A stretch of 57,632 bases of DNA from Chara braunii (taxonomy: Eukaryota; Plantae; Charophyceae). Each line of letters begins with the position of its first letter. Position 1 is the first letter of the stretch. This document shows, piece by piece, positions 1-13,450 of the stretch. The stretch spans positions 6,804,243-6,861,874 of the forward strand of contig BFEA01000008.1 of NCBI GenBank assembly GCA_003427395.1. The letters run 5' to 3'. Below the pieces are notes generated by a model. That model was not told the origin of the DNA. It searched no databases and saw nothing but the letters and a program-made list of their open reading frames with translations. Both the position numbers and the translations under genes were made by a program.

Positions 1-2508
1 TTTTTTTTTGGTGCGACCGATCACGTGATTCCACTGCTAGCGGAGACAACGCTCTTCGATGCGAATTATCAGTGAATTTCGCTGCTGACGGGGACGGTGC
101 TCCTCAGCAAGCAACTAATCTGGCGATAGCACTGTTGGAGAGTCGAGCACTTCTCATCTGGAGATCTATCAATCGAGCCAGATGTTGGCCACTCCTTCAG
201 ATTACCAAGGCTGTCATTGATCCAAGAATCAGGTAAACTCCGCTGTTAGTGGGTCCAGCCACACTTGCTGGACAGGCAATCAACATAAAGGGAAGTGGGA
301 GGTAAGACTTAGGATCTGGTCGAGAGTCAGGATGATCCTCTTGGGCACTCTCAAGGGGCTTTGACTCGAGGGAGAGGACTAGCACGAATAACTATTGATG
401 TTTTACTTATTTATTTATTTATTTTTAATGTCAAAATTCCAGCGGCTGTTTAGCGAGGGCAAAAGAATGAGCTTGCGGTCAGAGAGAGATCAGTGAGGAC
501 AGAGTGAGGAACTAGTGGGTGAGCAAGAAAGAGAGGGAGAAAGGGCGCGTTCCCGCAACGCAGGGAAAGAAAGGGACAGGCAAATAGACTGGCCCCATAT
601 GCGGAATATTGAGCGTGAAAGAGAGGGGGAGAGAGATTTGAGATGAGGGGGAGTTCCTAAGTGACCATCAGAATGACACGAGACTTTGGGAGGCGCTGAA
701 AGGGGAAGCTGTGATAAATGATCGAACGGGATATTATTTGGAAAATTCTGAGTTTTGGTTGAGTGAGTGTTTATCTTAATTGAAAGCGATTGCAACTGTT
801 CTTTTCCATACGCCTTAATTATTTATATAATAGCAAAGAACTCTCTAAGTTCAAATATCAGAGGTGGCCAGAATTCAACAACTGACGCGAGCTGTTTAAA
901 TCTCCACTGGGCGTGAATCGAAAAGTACAGATGCACCTCTCTGAGTTGTTCTCCTGGGGTCGAAAGAGCCGCCACCAAACAGGAATGGGGAACCCCACTT
1001 GCTGGTAAACGAGAAGGCTCAAGACAGGTATAGCAAACACGAGTTCCCTGTTGCTCGCCGAGGACCTCGGAAGCGAGCGCGGCGAAGTGACAGGCGTCAT
1101 GGCTCATGGCTTCAGCGAGCAACAGAATTCCCTTCCCGGGTTTCCCCACACCGTCCCGAATGCCGGTTACCCTGGGTGAGAAAGAGAAAAAGATTGGAGT
1201 GGGAGGTGGAGGGATGATTGGGTTGTAGTTGGGGGAGGGAAGGGAGGGGGGGGGGTGCAAGAATGAAAGAAAAGTGATGAGAAAAGTTGGGAGGAGTAGA
1301 AGAGATTAGTAAAAGATGGTGAGTGGGGAGAGGAGGGGAGAAAAAAATGGTGGTGGATGAGTGAAGAGAGAGGTAAGAGGGGGGGAGAAGTAGTGGTAGA
1401 GGTAGAAGAGGTGATGGCATGGTGTAGGGGAGAGAGAGAGAGGGAGTGGGAGAGTAGGTTAGTGAAGAGAAATTATACCAGGCTCTTGGTTGGCCAAGAG
1501 CAACAAGATACCCAGATCCCCAGGATCTTGGCCTTCAAGGTCCTGGCAACCTGCTGTTGCAGCAGAAAAAATAATAATAATAATGAAATAATCAAGGGTT
1601 GGCCGAGATCTTGATCATCCACCCTGATTGCACTGACGCGCAGCCCCCTAGCCACGGGGGTCTTCACTGCCGCCAAAGTGTTGCTGCACCAGTAGGAAAA
1701 ATAATAATCATCGTCATCATCTGGGTGTGCTGAGAACTTGGTCAGCCACCCAGATCTCCTAGTAGAGCAAGCCCCCTAGCCAGGGGGTTCTTCAAGGTCC
1801 TCAACAAGCTTTCACGCGACACTGCAGATGGCCNNNNNNNNNNNNNNNNNNNNNNNNNNNNNNNNNNNNNNNNNNNNNNNNNNNNNNNNNNNNNNNNNNN
1901 NNNNNNNNNNNNNNNNNNNNNNNNNNNNNNNNNNNNNNNNNNNNNNNNNNNNNNNNNNNNNNNNNNNNNNNNNNNNNNNNNNNNNNNNNNNNNNNNNNNN
2001 NNNNNNNNNNNNNNNNNNNNNNNNNNNNNNNNNNNNNNNNNNNNNNNNNNNNNNNNNNNNNNNNNNNNNNNNNNNNNNNNNNNNNNNNNNNNNNNNNNNN
2101 NNNNNNNNNNNNNNNNNNNNNNNNNNNNNNNNNNNGTGTGGAACTGTTCAACATGAACGTCCCGCACTCCAAAGCCATGAAGACAGTTTGGCCAGTGTGT
2201 TACAGCACTGGCTATGCACGCGCATGGCCAACATGCGCTTGCGTTCAAACCCTGGCAGCAACGTGCATCCCCGATCTTAATATGTATAATCCGGGAGCAG
2301 CGCGGGGTGGGGCAGCGAGGCAGCGTGGGTGCACACGCGCCGTGACGGCGCTCTCTCTTTTCGTACCACCTGTCGCAACCTCCGCGCTGCAATTGTTTCC
2401 GCCCGTTTGCTGCGAAAACAACCGAAAAACGGCAAAAATCCCCCTATCAGGATTACACCTGTTTTCCACCTTCACGGGGTGTGGTGGGTGGAAGCGGGGA
2501 ACATTCCC

Positions 2509-2520
2509 GCTCTGATACCA
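2509..2520 (-). promoter_or_regulatory. Primer-binding site (initiator tRNA-Met) of an LTR retrotransposon
   Basis: The minus strand reads ...CCGTCACA-C-TGGTATCAGAGC. This is the canonical tRNAiMet PBS, one base after an LTR-type CA end at 2522. Confidence 0.85.
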
Positions 2521-2521
2521 G

Positions 2522-5500
2522 TGTGACGGACCCGCCGGGATGGCGGTCCATCAGGATGAAGACAGAGGGTTGAGGAAGGAGGACATGGAGATGGAGCTGG
2601 AAGGGACAGCGCAACTCCGACGCAGACTCAACAAGCATGTACTCCGAAATGTGCAGAATAAAGAATGACCTGAAAACAGACTGCAGTTGGGGTATACCCC
2701 CAGTGGACTGACTGGATTGGACTGGACTGGCATGGTACCGACATTGGTATCGGGCAGAATTGGACTGGACTGAAACAGCACACGGCCTTTGGGGTCAGGG
2801 CACAGCCACGACCTGGTCCCACAGGCCGAACAGGCAAATAGCGTGATAGGCCCTGGCTGTAGGCCAGGGTTGATAGAGGCCCGCTGCATCTCATATTGAG
2901 AAAAAAACAGCGGTGAATTTCTTACGTCCTCGGGTGAGCTCACGTGTGCAGATGGGCAATGGTGGTTGGGGAATCTTTTGCCTAGTGCATGGTGTATATC
3001 TTGACTAGCCATCGACGTGTAGGCTGCTACTTGGACGCTCTTCCAACTTTGCCAATTAGGGAAAGTTGTCTTCGGCTTCGCGCTTCGTCCGAGTTGTATC
3101 GCAGGTTGGCACGCTGGCGAAGGGGAGATTATCGTTGGAAGAACGATGATCTCCATGAGTTTTTTTGGGCCATAGTTGAGGCCTTGTTCCTCCGCTCCTG
3201 CGCAGTGTTGAGGAGGGTGGTTGGGAATCTCGGGCGGAAAGGAAGGAGCACGTTCTCACGTGGAGTTGGAGGAGGAAGATCGTTCAAGTGCGAGCATCCG
3301 GAAGGGACTGCGACGACCTTTTTCGCTCCGATTAGTTGATGGGCTCACTGTACAGGGGAAGGGCATGGTTCAACATCATCATCACGGTAATGGTTTCTCA
3401 TTATGATCAGGGTGCTGCTCGTCATCACCATCATCATCATCATCAAGGTATTGCTCGTCATCATCACCAAGGCGTAGGTCTTCACTTCTGTTCGACACTA
3501 GTATCATCATCATTATCATCGTCAGGGGTGCTGCTCGTCATTTACCATTGTATTACCATCATCACAGTTCACTATCATAAGGGCCCGGTTGGCAAAGTTC
3601 GTCGGAGGGCGTTGCTCATCCCTATCATCATCATCATTATTATCATCATCATTAGGTTATCATCAAAGGTGCTCGTCATCAGCACCATCATCATCCTATT
3701 GTTATCATAGGGCGCTGTGCGTTATTATCATCATCATCATCATTACCACCACCCACATCATCATCATCATCAGTTTGTAATCATAGGGGCGGGGCTGTTG
3801 GTGCTGCTCTTTAGTATGATCAACATCATCATTATGTCTTCATTCTCATCACTACCATCATCATCATCATCATCATCAGTTTGTCATCGGCAGGTGAGTT
3901 GGTCGTCACCGTCATCCTCATCATCATCATCTTCATGGTGCTGTTCGTCGTCATCAGCAAAATCCAAAAAAATATATATCATCTATCTTTCCAAGAATTT
4001 CTGATTCTTTCATTCATATCTCAAGAATCCTATTTTCTAAATTCCTTGTTTTTTCTTCTCTTCATTTCCGCTGGATCAGATCGCTCCTGGAGGGCTAAAC
4101 AGTAGGAAGGGGTTGGGGGGAGCTCTATGTTGCAAAGGCATCACAAGGCGGGGGGTGAATGTCTCAAAGAGGGTAGGGACGGAGTAGGGGGTTGCCCTAT
4201 TCTGGGGCAGGGGCTGGTGCGTGGGTTAATATCAGTCCCTGCGGAGGCAGAAATGGGCAAGGGGCAAGGGGGCATGCTTTAGGTGGGAACTGCGTGCTCC
4301 TGGGGAAAGGGGGGTAGAGGGTTGGTCCTATATTGGGGCCGAGGGAGAGTGGGTGACTCACCTCGGCGGAGGCAGTGTAGGGTTGAGGGGGGAGGGGGAG
4401 GGGGAGGGGGGGCTCCAATAAGTCTATCATCCAGTTTACTACTTCTTTCCATTTGGTTTGCCTCTCGAGGAGGATGTAGGAATAGGTGTTATCTGGCCAG
4501 TCATCTGTGATCCTGCGAAGGGTGGTTGAAAATTTGGTGGCCGTCGAAGACCGATGCTGGAGCAATGCTAGCCGGAGCCAGGTGGCGCAACTCCGTGACC
4601 CAGCTTAGTGGGGGCGTGAGGCCTGGTAGAGAGCTCTGGGGGGCTGTTTGCGGGGGCAGTCTCAATGGTCATCGGGGGTCGTAACTGGAGCAATACTGGC
4701 CGGTGCTGGAGCAAGGTGGTGCAACTCTGTAACCTAACCTGATGGGAGCATGAGGCCTGGAAGAGCTTCGGTTCGTGCTGAAAACAGCCATGTTGGTGGT
4801 GGTTGTAGGTGGATTGAATAAGTTTCACCTATCTGATTCGTGGTTGGGAGGCTTTTTGACACATATTCTAGTGACTTGGTAGAGTCTGAATAGTGGAAAA
4901 TAGGTTGGTTGTTCTTATGAATGTCTTAGGACTCTAGGGACTCTTAGCAACCCATCTTAGGCGGTTTTGAAGCTGTTATACTCGGTGATCTGTGGCTGTT
5001 CGATGCCAGAACGACGCTGGCTGGTGCTGGGGTGTTGCCCTGTAACCTGCTGATGCAGGAGCGCGAGGCCTGGTAGAGAGATCTGGGGATGCTTTGGGGT
5101 GGGCATCCTACGGGACAGCCAAGGTTTGCTGCTGGGACGATGCTGGTCGGAGCTGGGGCGAGTTGTGTTGCCCTGTAACCCAGCACGGTGGGGGGGTGAG
5201 GCCTGGAGGAGCTCAGCAGAGAGTAAGACTGTGTTGGAAAGTCTTAGAAGGGCGTGTTAGGGATCCTGAGGGTTCTGAGCATTCGTAGGACCTCTGTGGC
5301 AGCCTATTGCATTAGATATTCATGATCCTCCCCATGCTTTCTGAATCATATCGTGTTCACAGACTGTTCTCAGCCGAAGCCGGGCAATGGCCCCGGTATC
5401 TCAAATGATTTCAAATGTTCTCAATGTTCTCAATGATCTGTACAATTCGATATGGGACGCTGGGCCCGGTTCCCAGCACGTGCTGCTCCCCACGAATAGA

Positions 5501-7498
5501 CTGGAGCATTTGTTTTTGGAAAAAAAAAAAAAAAAAGATCCTCAAATTTCATGGTAATGATTACGATGTCCTGCTTCAATATCTGTGAGTAGATTCTACC
5601 ACCAAAAATCCGAATTCACCTTAAAAGTTGGGGATTGACTAGACAATATCGTAGTAATAATCGAGAGGAATCTGAGGATAGCAAACTATAACTCTGCCTT
5701 GATCGTTGCTAGTATGACGAAAAGGAAAACAGTCATCTTCAACAATCAAGGCAGGCAGAAATGTAGACATCTTGAAAACGCTGAAACCACGCTGAGCAGA
5801 ACTCTGAAACTTCGTGGTCGCCGCCACGGAAGAAAAAGCTAAAAGAGAGGTAAGGATTCTGCAGCAACTTACCGCCACTTGCCATGCCTAATTCAACCTT
5901 CACTATGTACGCCCAAAAAGATGGACGCAAACCCTCGCCCACCCCACATCATTCACTCCCCATATTAAGAGCGACTCAACCTTTGACACAGCCATGGTGT
6001 CATGTCATATGTGCCCTCTGACACAGCGGACACTAAATCCGAAAAGTAGTCACGATTCTAACACTCGTCTCAACATCCAAACCACACTGTTGAGGTGCTT
6101 AGGAACCACCTGAGAATTGTAGAGATCTATCGAAGTAAAAGAAATTGACCAGCAACAACAAAAGAATAACACCAATACCAGGTTGGACAGACAAGGTAAT
6201 AACCATTGTTGCCTCGGACCCGGACGCTGGACCAATTCAGCATTGCAAGATGCGGCTAGAGGGCAGTCTATCCAGCCCCAGTTTGCACTAGGTGCCACTC
6301 CCCGCCAACAGAATGGAGCGGAAAGCACTGGCCAGCAGGTGTGAAAAAAAAAGAAAAGAAAAGAGCTGTTACTCCTCGACCTCCTTCTCCTCCTTCTCCT
6401 CCTCCTCCTCCTCCTTCTTCTCCTCCTCGTCCTCCTCCTTCTCCTCCTCCTCCTCCTCCTCCTCCTTGATGACTCCATCTGTTCTCGGCGGTGAGCTCCT
6501 CTGCTGTGCTGCAACAGCAACCTCCTCCTCCAATGGGTGGTGGTGCTGCCTGGTGCTCCTCTTCTGGACGGGCCGGGGCACTGTGCCGCTGAACGGGACT
6601 TTCATGGGCTGGATGCTGCGCGGCCGCGGGTGGTGGCCATCAAGCGACACCACAGTGGGAATATTCAGAAAACGAATCCTCCTGCTACCTCCCACCAACC
6701 CTCCCCCACTGACTGTGCCACGGGATGTCCGGGGCTGTTTGCTTTGGCCTCCAAAGGCCAACAAATGCCCCAGACCCCCCGGAAAACGGCATGAGGAGGG
6801 GGGCATCTGGACCTACCAGAGTAGACCCAGACCCGCATGTCCAGACCCAAACTGTCTTGATCAGGAAGGAGACGTCCGGTTGGTGACCATGTTGGGGCGC
6901 CCAGGACCTGGAAACGACACCGGGGGGGGGCTATACCGACCTACCTGTTACATGCCCAGTTGGGCGGTGTACGTATAAACCAAGGATCCGCAATGTGATA
7001 AAAAGGACTGAATGGACAATGCAGTGCAAATAGAATCTCAACAAGCAGTGTGCATTCCGATACATACAAGAATGGTGCTTTATAGCGCAGTGGAAGACTT
7101 AGATACAAGTCCTGACCTGACCGGGACTGACCTCTCTCACGTAGTGCAAGACAGCGCAGCAGAATGCTAGAAAACCAATGACTAGCCCAATCAATGTCGC
7201 ATTACAGACCAAACATACGCTGAGCGCTAGTAGCGTTAGCAGTAGTCTTCAGCGCTGGGCGCCATAGGAGCTAGAGCAGTACTAGAGAGAGAGAGAGAGA
7301 GATTGGGCGGAGGCCAGGGAGACTTACCTGCAGCGCCATAGCTCCAGCTTCGTCTTCGAGGTACCTGCAGCACAGCTCCAACTTCACAGGTTAGTACCTG
7401 GCACGTGGGAGAGAGAGAGAGAGTTCTTCTTCTTCCTCTTCTCAGTCCACCATCTCCCTCTCACCCTCTCACTATCTGACTTCACTGCATCAGCAGAC

Positions 7499-7545
<47 letters not shown>

Positions 7546-8395
7546 TGACATTGGATCCAGACTCAACATTGGGCTTCAGACATTTTGACAAGGGACTATT
7601 TGGGACTTGTAACGAATACTTGGTGTTGACAACATTCCCATCTCCCCCTTCCTCTTCGTCTGATCCCCTCCTCTTCGTCTGTGTATGCTCTGGACCTGGC
7701 GCACTCTTCCTGTGTGTAGCACCAGGCCCCGTCACACCTCGTGATGTGGATGAAGACTACTGCTAGCGCTATTACTACTCCTGCAGCGTTCCTCCAGAGT
7801 GCTGCTGCCGAATCCTGAAGACTAGCTCCTGCCTCCTGAGCTGCACGTGGTGTCTGGGAAGTACCTAGGAACTACCTGCAGCCTGCAGGGCGGGCCAGTC
7901 TTATATAGTGCTGGCCCGTCCAGGAGGCTGCTCTTGCCAATGCCAAAACGTGCCAGACCCTGGGGTTGAAGCTCAAACAAAGGTTGTCTTGAAAGTAGGC
8001 CAAAAATGGCCTGAGCTAAAACCCTGGTCTGGTGCCTGAGTTTCAGGGCAGGTCGGTCTTATGAGGGCCTGAAAATGGTCATCAGTTTCAGGCTGAAAAC
8101 ACTCAGGGACGGAAAGGCCCTGATTTAGCCTGAAACGACACAGGGCCTGTAGGCCCTTGTTTTCAGGCTTTCAGGCTGAAACCACACGGGGCCTGTAGGC
8201 CCTTGTTTTCAGGCTTTTGGCCTGAAAACGTCACGGGCCTGAAAGTGGCCCGTGCAGCCTGTTGCAGGTGCAGCATGTAACATACCGGAGCAGACCTCGA
8301 ACCCGTACCTCCAGACCCAGACTGTCTGAATCGAGCTCCAAACATTCGGTGGGCAACCATGTCAATAACCGTAAGAAGCTGGGGTTGCCGTGACA
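2522..8395 (-). mobile_element. 5' LTR of a Ty3/gypsy-like retrotransposon, interrupted by later insertions
   Basis: Plus-strand ends TGTGACGG (2522) and CCGTGACA (8395) are near-inverted TG..CA termini, and the PBS abuts 2522. A TATATAA box lies on the minus strand near 7901-7907. The outer boundary and the nesting are inferred. Confidence 0.5.
3330..5536 (+). mobile_element. Poly(A)-tailed non-coding retroelement (non-autonomous LINE derivative or long 3' UTR)
   Basis: (CAT)n-rich 5' part, no credible ORF, the conserved 3' hairpin motif at 5454-5507 and poly(A) at 5520-5536. Homologous in inverted orientation to 8441-10580, e.g. GGCATCACAAGGCGGG near 4137 and near 9851-9866. Confidence 0.6.
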
Positions 8396-8440
8396 GGTGT
8401 CCCACTGTGCACCCTTGGACCTCAGTACGTTTGCGATCTC

Positions 8441-9522
8441 TATTTATTTATTTATTTTAATTGCTCCAATCTATTCGTGGGGAGCAGCACATGCTCGGAA
8501 CCGGGCCCAGCGTCCCTTATAATTCGAATACATTGATGATTGATGAAAATGTGGGATGATTTAGGAACACTTCAGGATGATTGAGAAAAAAACGGTAGAG
8601 AATGATGCTGACTGCTCAGAATGCTTATCTACTGAGATCTCACATACTACCCTAACCCTAATCTCAGATATCCATACCAACCAGTCAGTCTCTACCGAGC
8701 CAATACTGTATACCAACCAAGCCTCTACCCGGTCTCGTACCCCAATCTAGCTAGGTTACAGGGCAGCGCCACCCACCCCAGCGCCGACCCTCGTCCACCA
8801 GATTGTAGCCTTTGGTCAAGTATTATAATTGCCTTCCACCCTCAGCAATCCCCAGATCTCTATCCAAGGCCTCATGCTCCTATGAAGGTTATAGGGCGAT
8901 GCCCCAGCGCCGGCCAGTGTCGTTCTGGTTTCTACTCAACCTGGGCAAAAACACAATAAAAGCTCAATTACGAAATCAGGTAGACTAGAATGTAACCTAA
9001 GAATTCGGATCTGATAATAGTGGGATCCTGAGCAAACAACCAATCTGATGATGATGATGATGATGTTGATGATGATGATCCTTAATGTTGATTGACCCTC
9101 CCCAGTCCACCCCTCCTCTTTTCCCCTCTTATCACCCCTCCTCTCCCTTGCTGCCTCCGCTAATCAGAACCACTCTGTTGTTGAGCGGTTCCTCACAGCC
9201 CCAGCAATAGGAAAGCCTCCCTCTACCCTACTCCCCTCAAAGAAGGCTATTCCCGCAAAAAGCCTACCTCAAGCTATCTCTGTACTATTCTGCCACCGCT
9301 AGTAGAAGATGTTCCGCCTTCCATCTCTCCCAGGCCTAGAGTTAGACAGTCCCCCTTGTCCGCCCTTATTCCCTATAGGCAAACACTTCCCACTTTGTGT
9401 TTCCCCTGCAGAAAAGAGCTCTCCCCACTCACTCCATCCTGCCCTCCATGTCAGCAACCTTGTGGGAAGGACTCTCACAGTCTCAAGTATAGAAAAGGAC
9501 AGGGAAATAAGAATTGAGAGGT

Positions 9523-9554
<32 letters not shown>

Positions 9555-10580
9555 TTTGAAGAAGCTGATAAAAATGAAGACTTTTTCTCCTCCCCCCCCC
9601 CCTCTCCTACTTTTCACGTTGACACTTCGCTGCCTTCGCTGAACAGACGTGCCCTCATCAAGAGCAGTCCTCATCAGCCCCAACTAGGGTCAGACCCACT
9701 CCTCCCATTCTCCCGACAAGGCATACAGTTCCTCCAAAAGTATGCGTCGATCAACCCTTTGCCCCAATCTGCCACCACTGGGATATACTCCCAGCCCCAG
9801 ATCAGTACAATCCCCAAAATCTGCCCTCGCTCCCTACAGGGCAATCACCTCCCGCCTTGTGATGCCCCTGCAGAGGAAAGCTCTCCCCCATCTTACCATC
9901 TCTCCAAAACCAAATCATTAGTTAACTAAGGAAGAGTTAGAAAAGAGGAAAGAAAACTCAATGACGATGACAATGATGATGACGGCAGGAAAAGCCCTAG
10001 GATGAAGAGACTAATTAATAGGATTAATGAGAAGAAACAACGCAGTGATGAGGAAGACCCACTGCACCCCGATGATGTCAATAATCAACGTGGAGATGGC
10101 GAGAAGCGCAATGCGTAATGATTGGATTTACGACACCCTAGAAGAGCGTGATGATGACGGCAGCGCACTGCGTAAGGAATTTTTTTATTTTTAGTTTTAA
10201 TCGCCATTGTGCTATGAGGCGCACAGCAGCATGCTGAAGATGATGACAATGATGAATACACCCATTGACCAGTGAAGCTAGTGCCATCGTAGGGAACAAA
10301 AATGGTGTTGACAAAGGTGAAGACCGCCGATGACGTGTCGACGATCGACACTTGGCGAAAACGAGAAGTACTCTAAGTAAGTTGACGATGAAGACGAGCA
10401 ACAAGATGATAATCTCCAGCCACAGAAAATGCAATAACCTGCACAATACAGAGAGCAGAAACACATAGAAAATAAATACTAGAGAGTAGCTTCATTGATG
10501 ATGACCTCTTGCTTGATGACCTCCCTTTTTGTCTGATGATGTCCTGATGATGACCTCCCAGCAGCGTTGTGATGATTCTT
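8441..10580 (-). mobile_element. Second diverged copy of the same non-coding retroelement family
   Basis: (TAAA)n tail at 8441-8458 on the minus strand and the 3' motif at 8463-8516. 8855-8930 is the reverse-complement homologue of 5005-5085. The (GAT)n-rich distal part matches the (CAT)n part of the first copy. Confidence 0.6.
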
Positions 10581-10584
10581 CAGG

Positions 10585-12536
10585 TGTGATCAGCGTTCTC
10601 CACACTTTAGCCTCCACGGGGCTCACTCCACTTTCTTCCACCGACATCGGCTTAAACCAACTCACATGAGCTCTCCACCTTTTATAAGGTCTTGGCTATG
10701 AAATACTTCATGTGGAAAGCACAGCGAGATAGTTCAAACAGTAGCCACGACCACCGTTTTCCTAACCCTTTGTGCTTCAGGCCAAAAGCCACGTCAGCCT
10801 GTGACGTGGCATTGGCCAAGCACCTCTAGAAACCGCGCGGGTGTCAAGCGCAATCACCAATCTAATCGACCCTCATCACAGCACCCGCACACGGCGACAC
10901 TCAGCGCCCCGCCGTGTGTCAGACAGCGTCCCACCTGTCACCCAGAGCCAGCGCCTCGCCAACCCGACGTTGCTAGTGCCACGCTCTCCAGGATCTGCCA
11001 GCACCTCGCTCCCTGCCAGCAGCCAGCGTCTCGCTGCTCCCACGCAGCCAACGCCTCGCCCCTGGCGTGAAGCCAGCGACTCGCAGCCTGCGAGTAGCCA
11101 GCGCCATGCAACCTCCGACCAGCCAGCGCCTCGCTCGTCAGCCACCTGCGCGACGCCACTCGCACACAGCCAGCGCCTCGCCGCCCGCCCGCCAGCGCTC
11201 GCCCTAACGCGGGCTTGTAATCTGAATGTCTGCTTGATCTCTATATTTCTTAGATTATATTGATTTCAATATGAATAAATAAAAAGTTCCCCAGGCCGCC
11301 CCTATATCTCAATGGGTACCACCGAAGTCTGCTCTCTTTTCAGCTAGATGCCAATCAGTCAAGGCCCAGTAAACCAGCACCGTTCACACAACCACTGAAG
11401 GTCTCCCAATACGTCAACTTGTTCCATTGCCTGCTGAATACAGCCCTCGGCATGCAAGTACTACAACCATTACATGTCCAGTTGATGTGGCTCAGTGGTT
11501 AGAGCACCGGTTGGAAATGCGCATTGTGGTATGAGGTTGCGGGTTCAAAACTGAATTGCAACCTTGCGCATGGACACCGGCAGGGTGTTAGATTGACGCA
11601 CGGCTGGACATACACTCCCTTGGGCTGACGCATGGTACTATTACAGACACTGCCTGCACACCACCCAAGGGTTGTTCATGGTGTTGTATGTTGGTTCTGG
11701 GTTTCACATGGGTTGCTTGGGGGTGTTGGTCTTGGTTGTTCTGTTCATCTCCCCAGTCTGGCATATCACACGTTCGTACCATTTCCACTAGTCGTTCACA
11801 TGGTAGAGTCATATGATTACATGTTACAAGGTCACAACTTTGAGCTTGGTTCGGACCTTGGGGGGGTCCTTGTCCAGCTTACCCCGTTCTCTCTTCTATA
11901 TACACGTGATGCTGCCTATAAACCTCGATACATTGATTCACAGAGCACACACAGCCTTCGGGCATATACATAGCTTGCGAATTATACATGGCCTACGGGC
12001 TACATACACAAGTTTCCACACACAGTGCTGTCTGTACATCTTGATAGATAAATACACAGAGCACACACAGCCTTCGGGTATACACATACATTGCGAACTA
12101 CACAACTATCAGACTGGAGGGGTCTAGTCACTAGGTGGGGTCTAGTATCTGCAGTAAGGACAGGTATGGGCCACCGGAGTTCCTAATGATATTCGGATAG
12201 AACTGTCTAGTGACTATATATCAGGCTTAGACCCTGGGGTAAGGGTAGGGGTATAAGTCGCTCAGGCGAGTCCGAGTTCCGCCTGGCCTTGGGTAAGCTA
12301 GGGGAAGGACGCTAAGACATCTTCAATGGGTGCTACCCTGTCTGAAACCTAGGGCCCAGAGTCTCTTGGGGCCTGTAGTAGATTGTCTGGGCCTGGCGTT
12401 CGAAGTTCCCGTTCAACAAGGCTCGTCCGATTCTTCCACCAGGGTTGGGCAACCTATCAGCCCTGGTGCCTATCACTGCTGTTCGGTCCAAGTTACCTGC
12501 CCATTGGTAGGGTAATGGTCCTGAGTGCTGGTCACA
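10585..12536 (-). mobile_element. Solo-LTR-like element
   Basis: Termini TGTGATCAGC (10585) and GCTGGTCACA (12536) form a 9/10 inverted repeat with TG..CA ends. TATAAAA is present on the minus strand near 10680-10686. No TSD match was found. Confidence 0.45.
11481..11563 (+). pseudogene. Degenerate tRNA-derived sequence (pseudo-tRNA or SINE head)
   Basis: D-arm/A box TGGCTCAGTGGTTAGAGC, B box GGTTCAAAAC, and partial acceptor pairing GTTG../..CAAC. The anticodon and T stems do not pair and the middle is expanded. Confidence 0.6.
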
Positions 12537-13164
12537 CTGAGGTAGGATAGTGGGATAGGGGGTGCGCTAGGAGTATTGACGTGAGGATGGGATGGGAGGT
12601 GGTCTCATATTCCAGGACACCCACGACCTACTGCTCCTGGTGATAACTGTGTACTTAGTGACTGGCCAAAAAAAGAAAAAAAAAACTACAACCATTACAC
12701 ATTGTATAATACTGCGAGAAACAAAAAAAAGAAAAAAAAAACTACAACCATTACACATTGTATAATACTGCGATGGTAGACCGGCTTTCCAGCAGGTGCT
12801 GCTCCCCACCAATAGATGGAGCCTTCCACACAGACCCCGCTTGAGGAAGGTGCTCTTAAAATCTCCTCTAAGCAGGGTTCTGCACTCAAGTTTCGAAAAG
12901 AAAGAGAAAAAAATTACTAAAGCAAAGAAAATGCAGTGAAAAAGCGTTAATCGTAGGCGAGCAGATTCACCACAGCGAGCCAAACCTCCTGACCTCAAAT
13001 AAGATGCTACCATCTCACAGCTGACGGAGACGTTTGCGAAGTGGCACAAGGAGACCTTGTTAAATGACGCAGAGGTTCGATAAGCATCCCAACCCAAGAA
13101 GCAGAAGAACCATGGCTGCAACTCGTGCTCCAGGGGACGACGAGAGCTATAAACGACCCGTACA

Positions 13165-13450
13165 CTTGGGCCTGGAGGCGTTGCACTGTGCGCCAAGCTT
13201 TTTCGAGCTGCCAGCTAGTGCCCCCAACCATTGTGGTCTGGTAGGCCCTAGCTGGGAAACTTTTTGAGTAGACGATGAACAAATTTCTGCAAGGCTGGGG
13301 CCGTGTTTTTGAAACCCTGGCCCTGCGCACCAAGCTTTTCTGAGCTGCTAACTAGCGCAGCCAACCATTGTGGTCTGGTAGGCCCTAACAGGGAAACTTT
13401 TGGAGTAGACTGAAAATTTTTATGCAGGGCTGGGGCCCTGTTTGAGACCC
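13165..13450. repeat. Diverged tandem duplication, about 129-bp unit
   Basis: CCAAGCTTTT..GAGCTGC..CTAG..CCAACCATTGTGGTCTGGTAGGCCCTA..GGGAAACTTTT occurs twice, near 13193 and near 13330. Confidence 0.8.

Noticed and set aside
3336-4105. Poly-His/Ile/Ser ORFs
   Set aside because: These are translations of (CAT)n microsatellite-like DNA with no domain signal.
5454-5507. Shared 3' motif as an HDV-like ribozyme (it contains CGAAT)
   Set aside because: No compatible P1/P3/L3 nesting was found, and it sits at element 3' ends rather than 5' ends.
6050-6978. Poly-Arg/Glu/Ser ORFs
   Set aside because: Low-complexity (CCT)n tract open in several frames; no recognisable product.
11481-11563. Functional tRNA-His (TTGTGG loop)
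   Set aside because: The anticodon, T and acceptor stems are broken.
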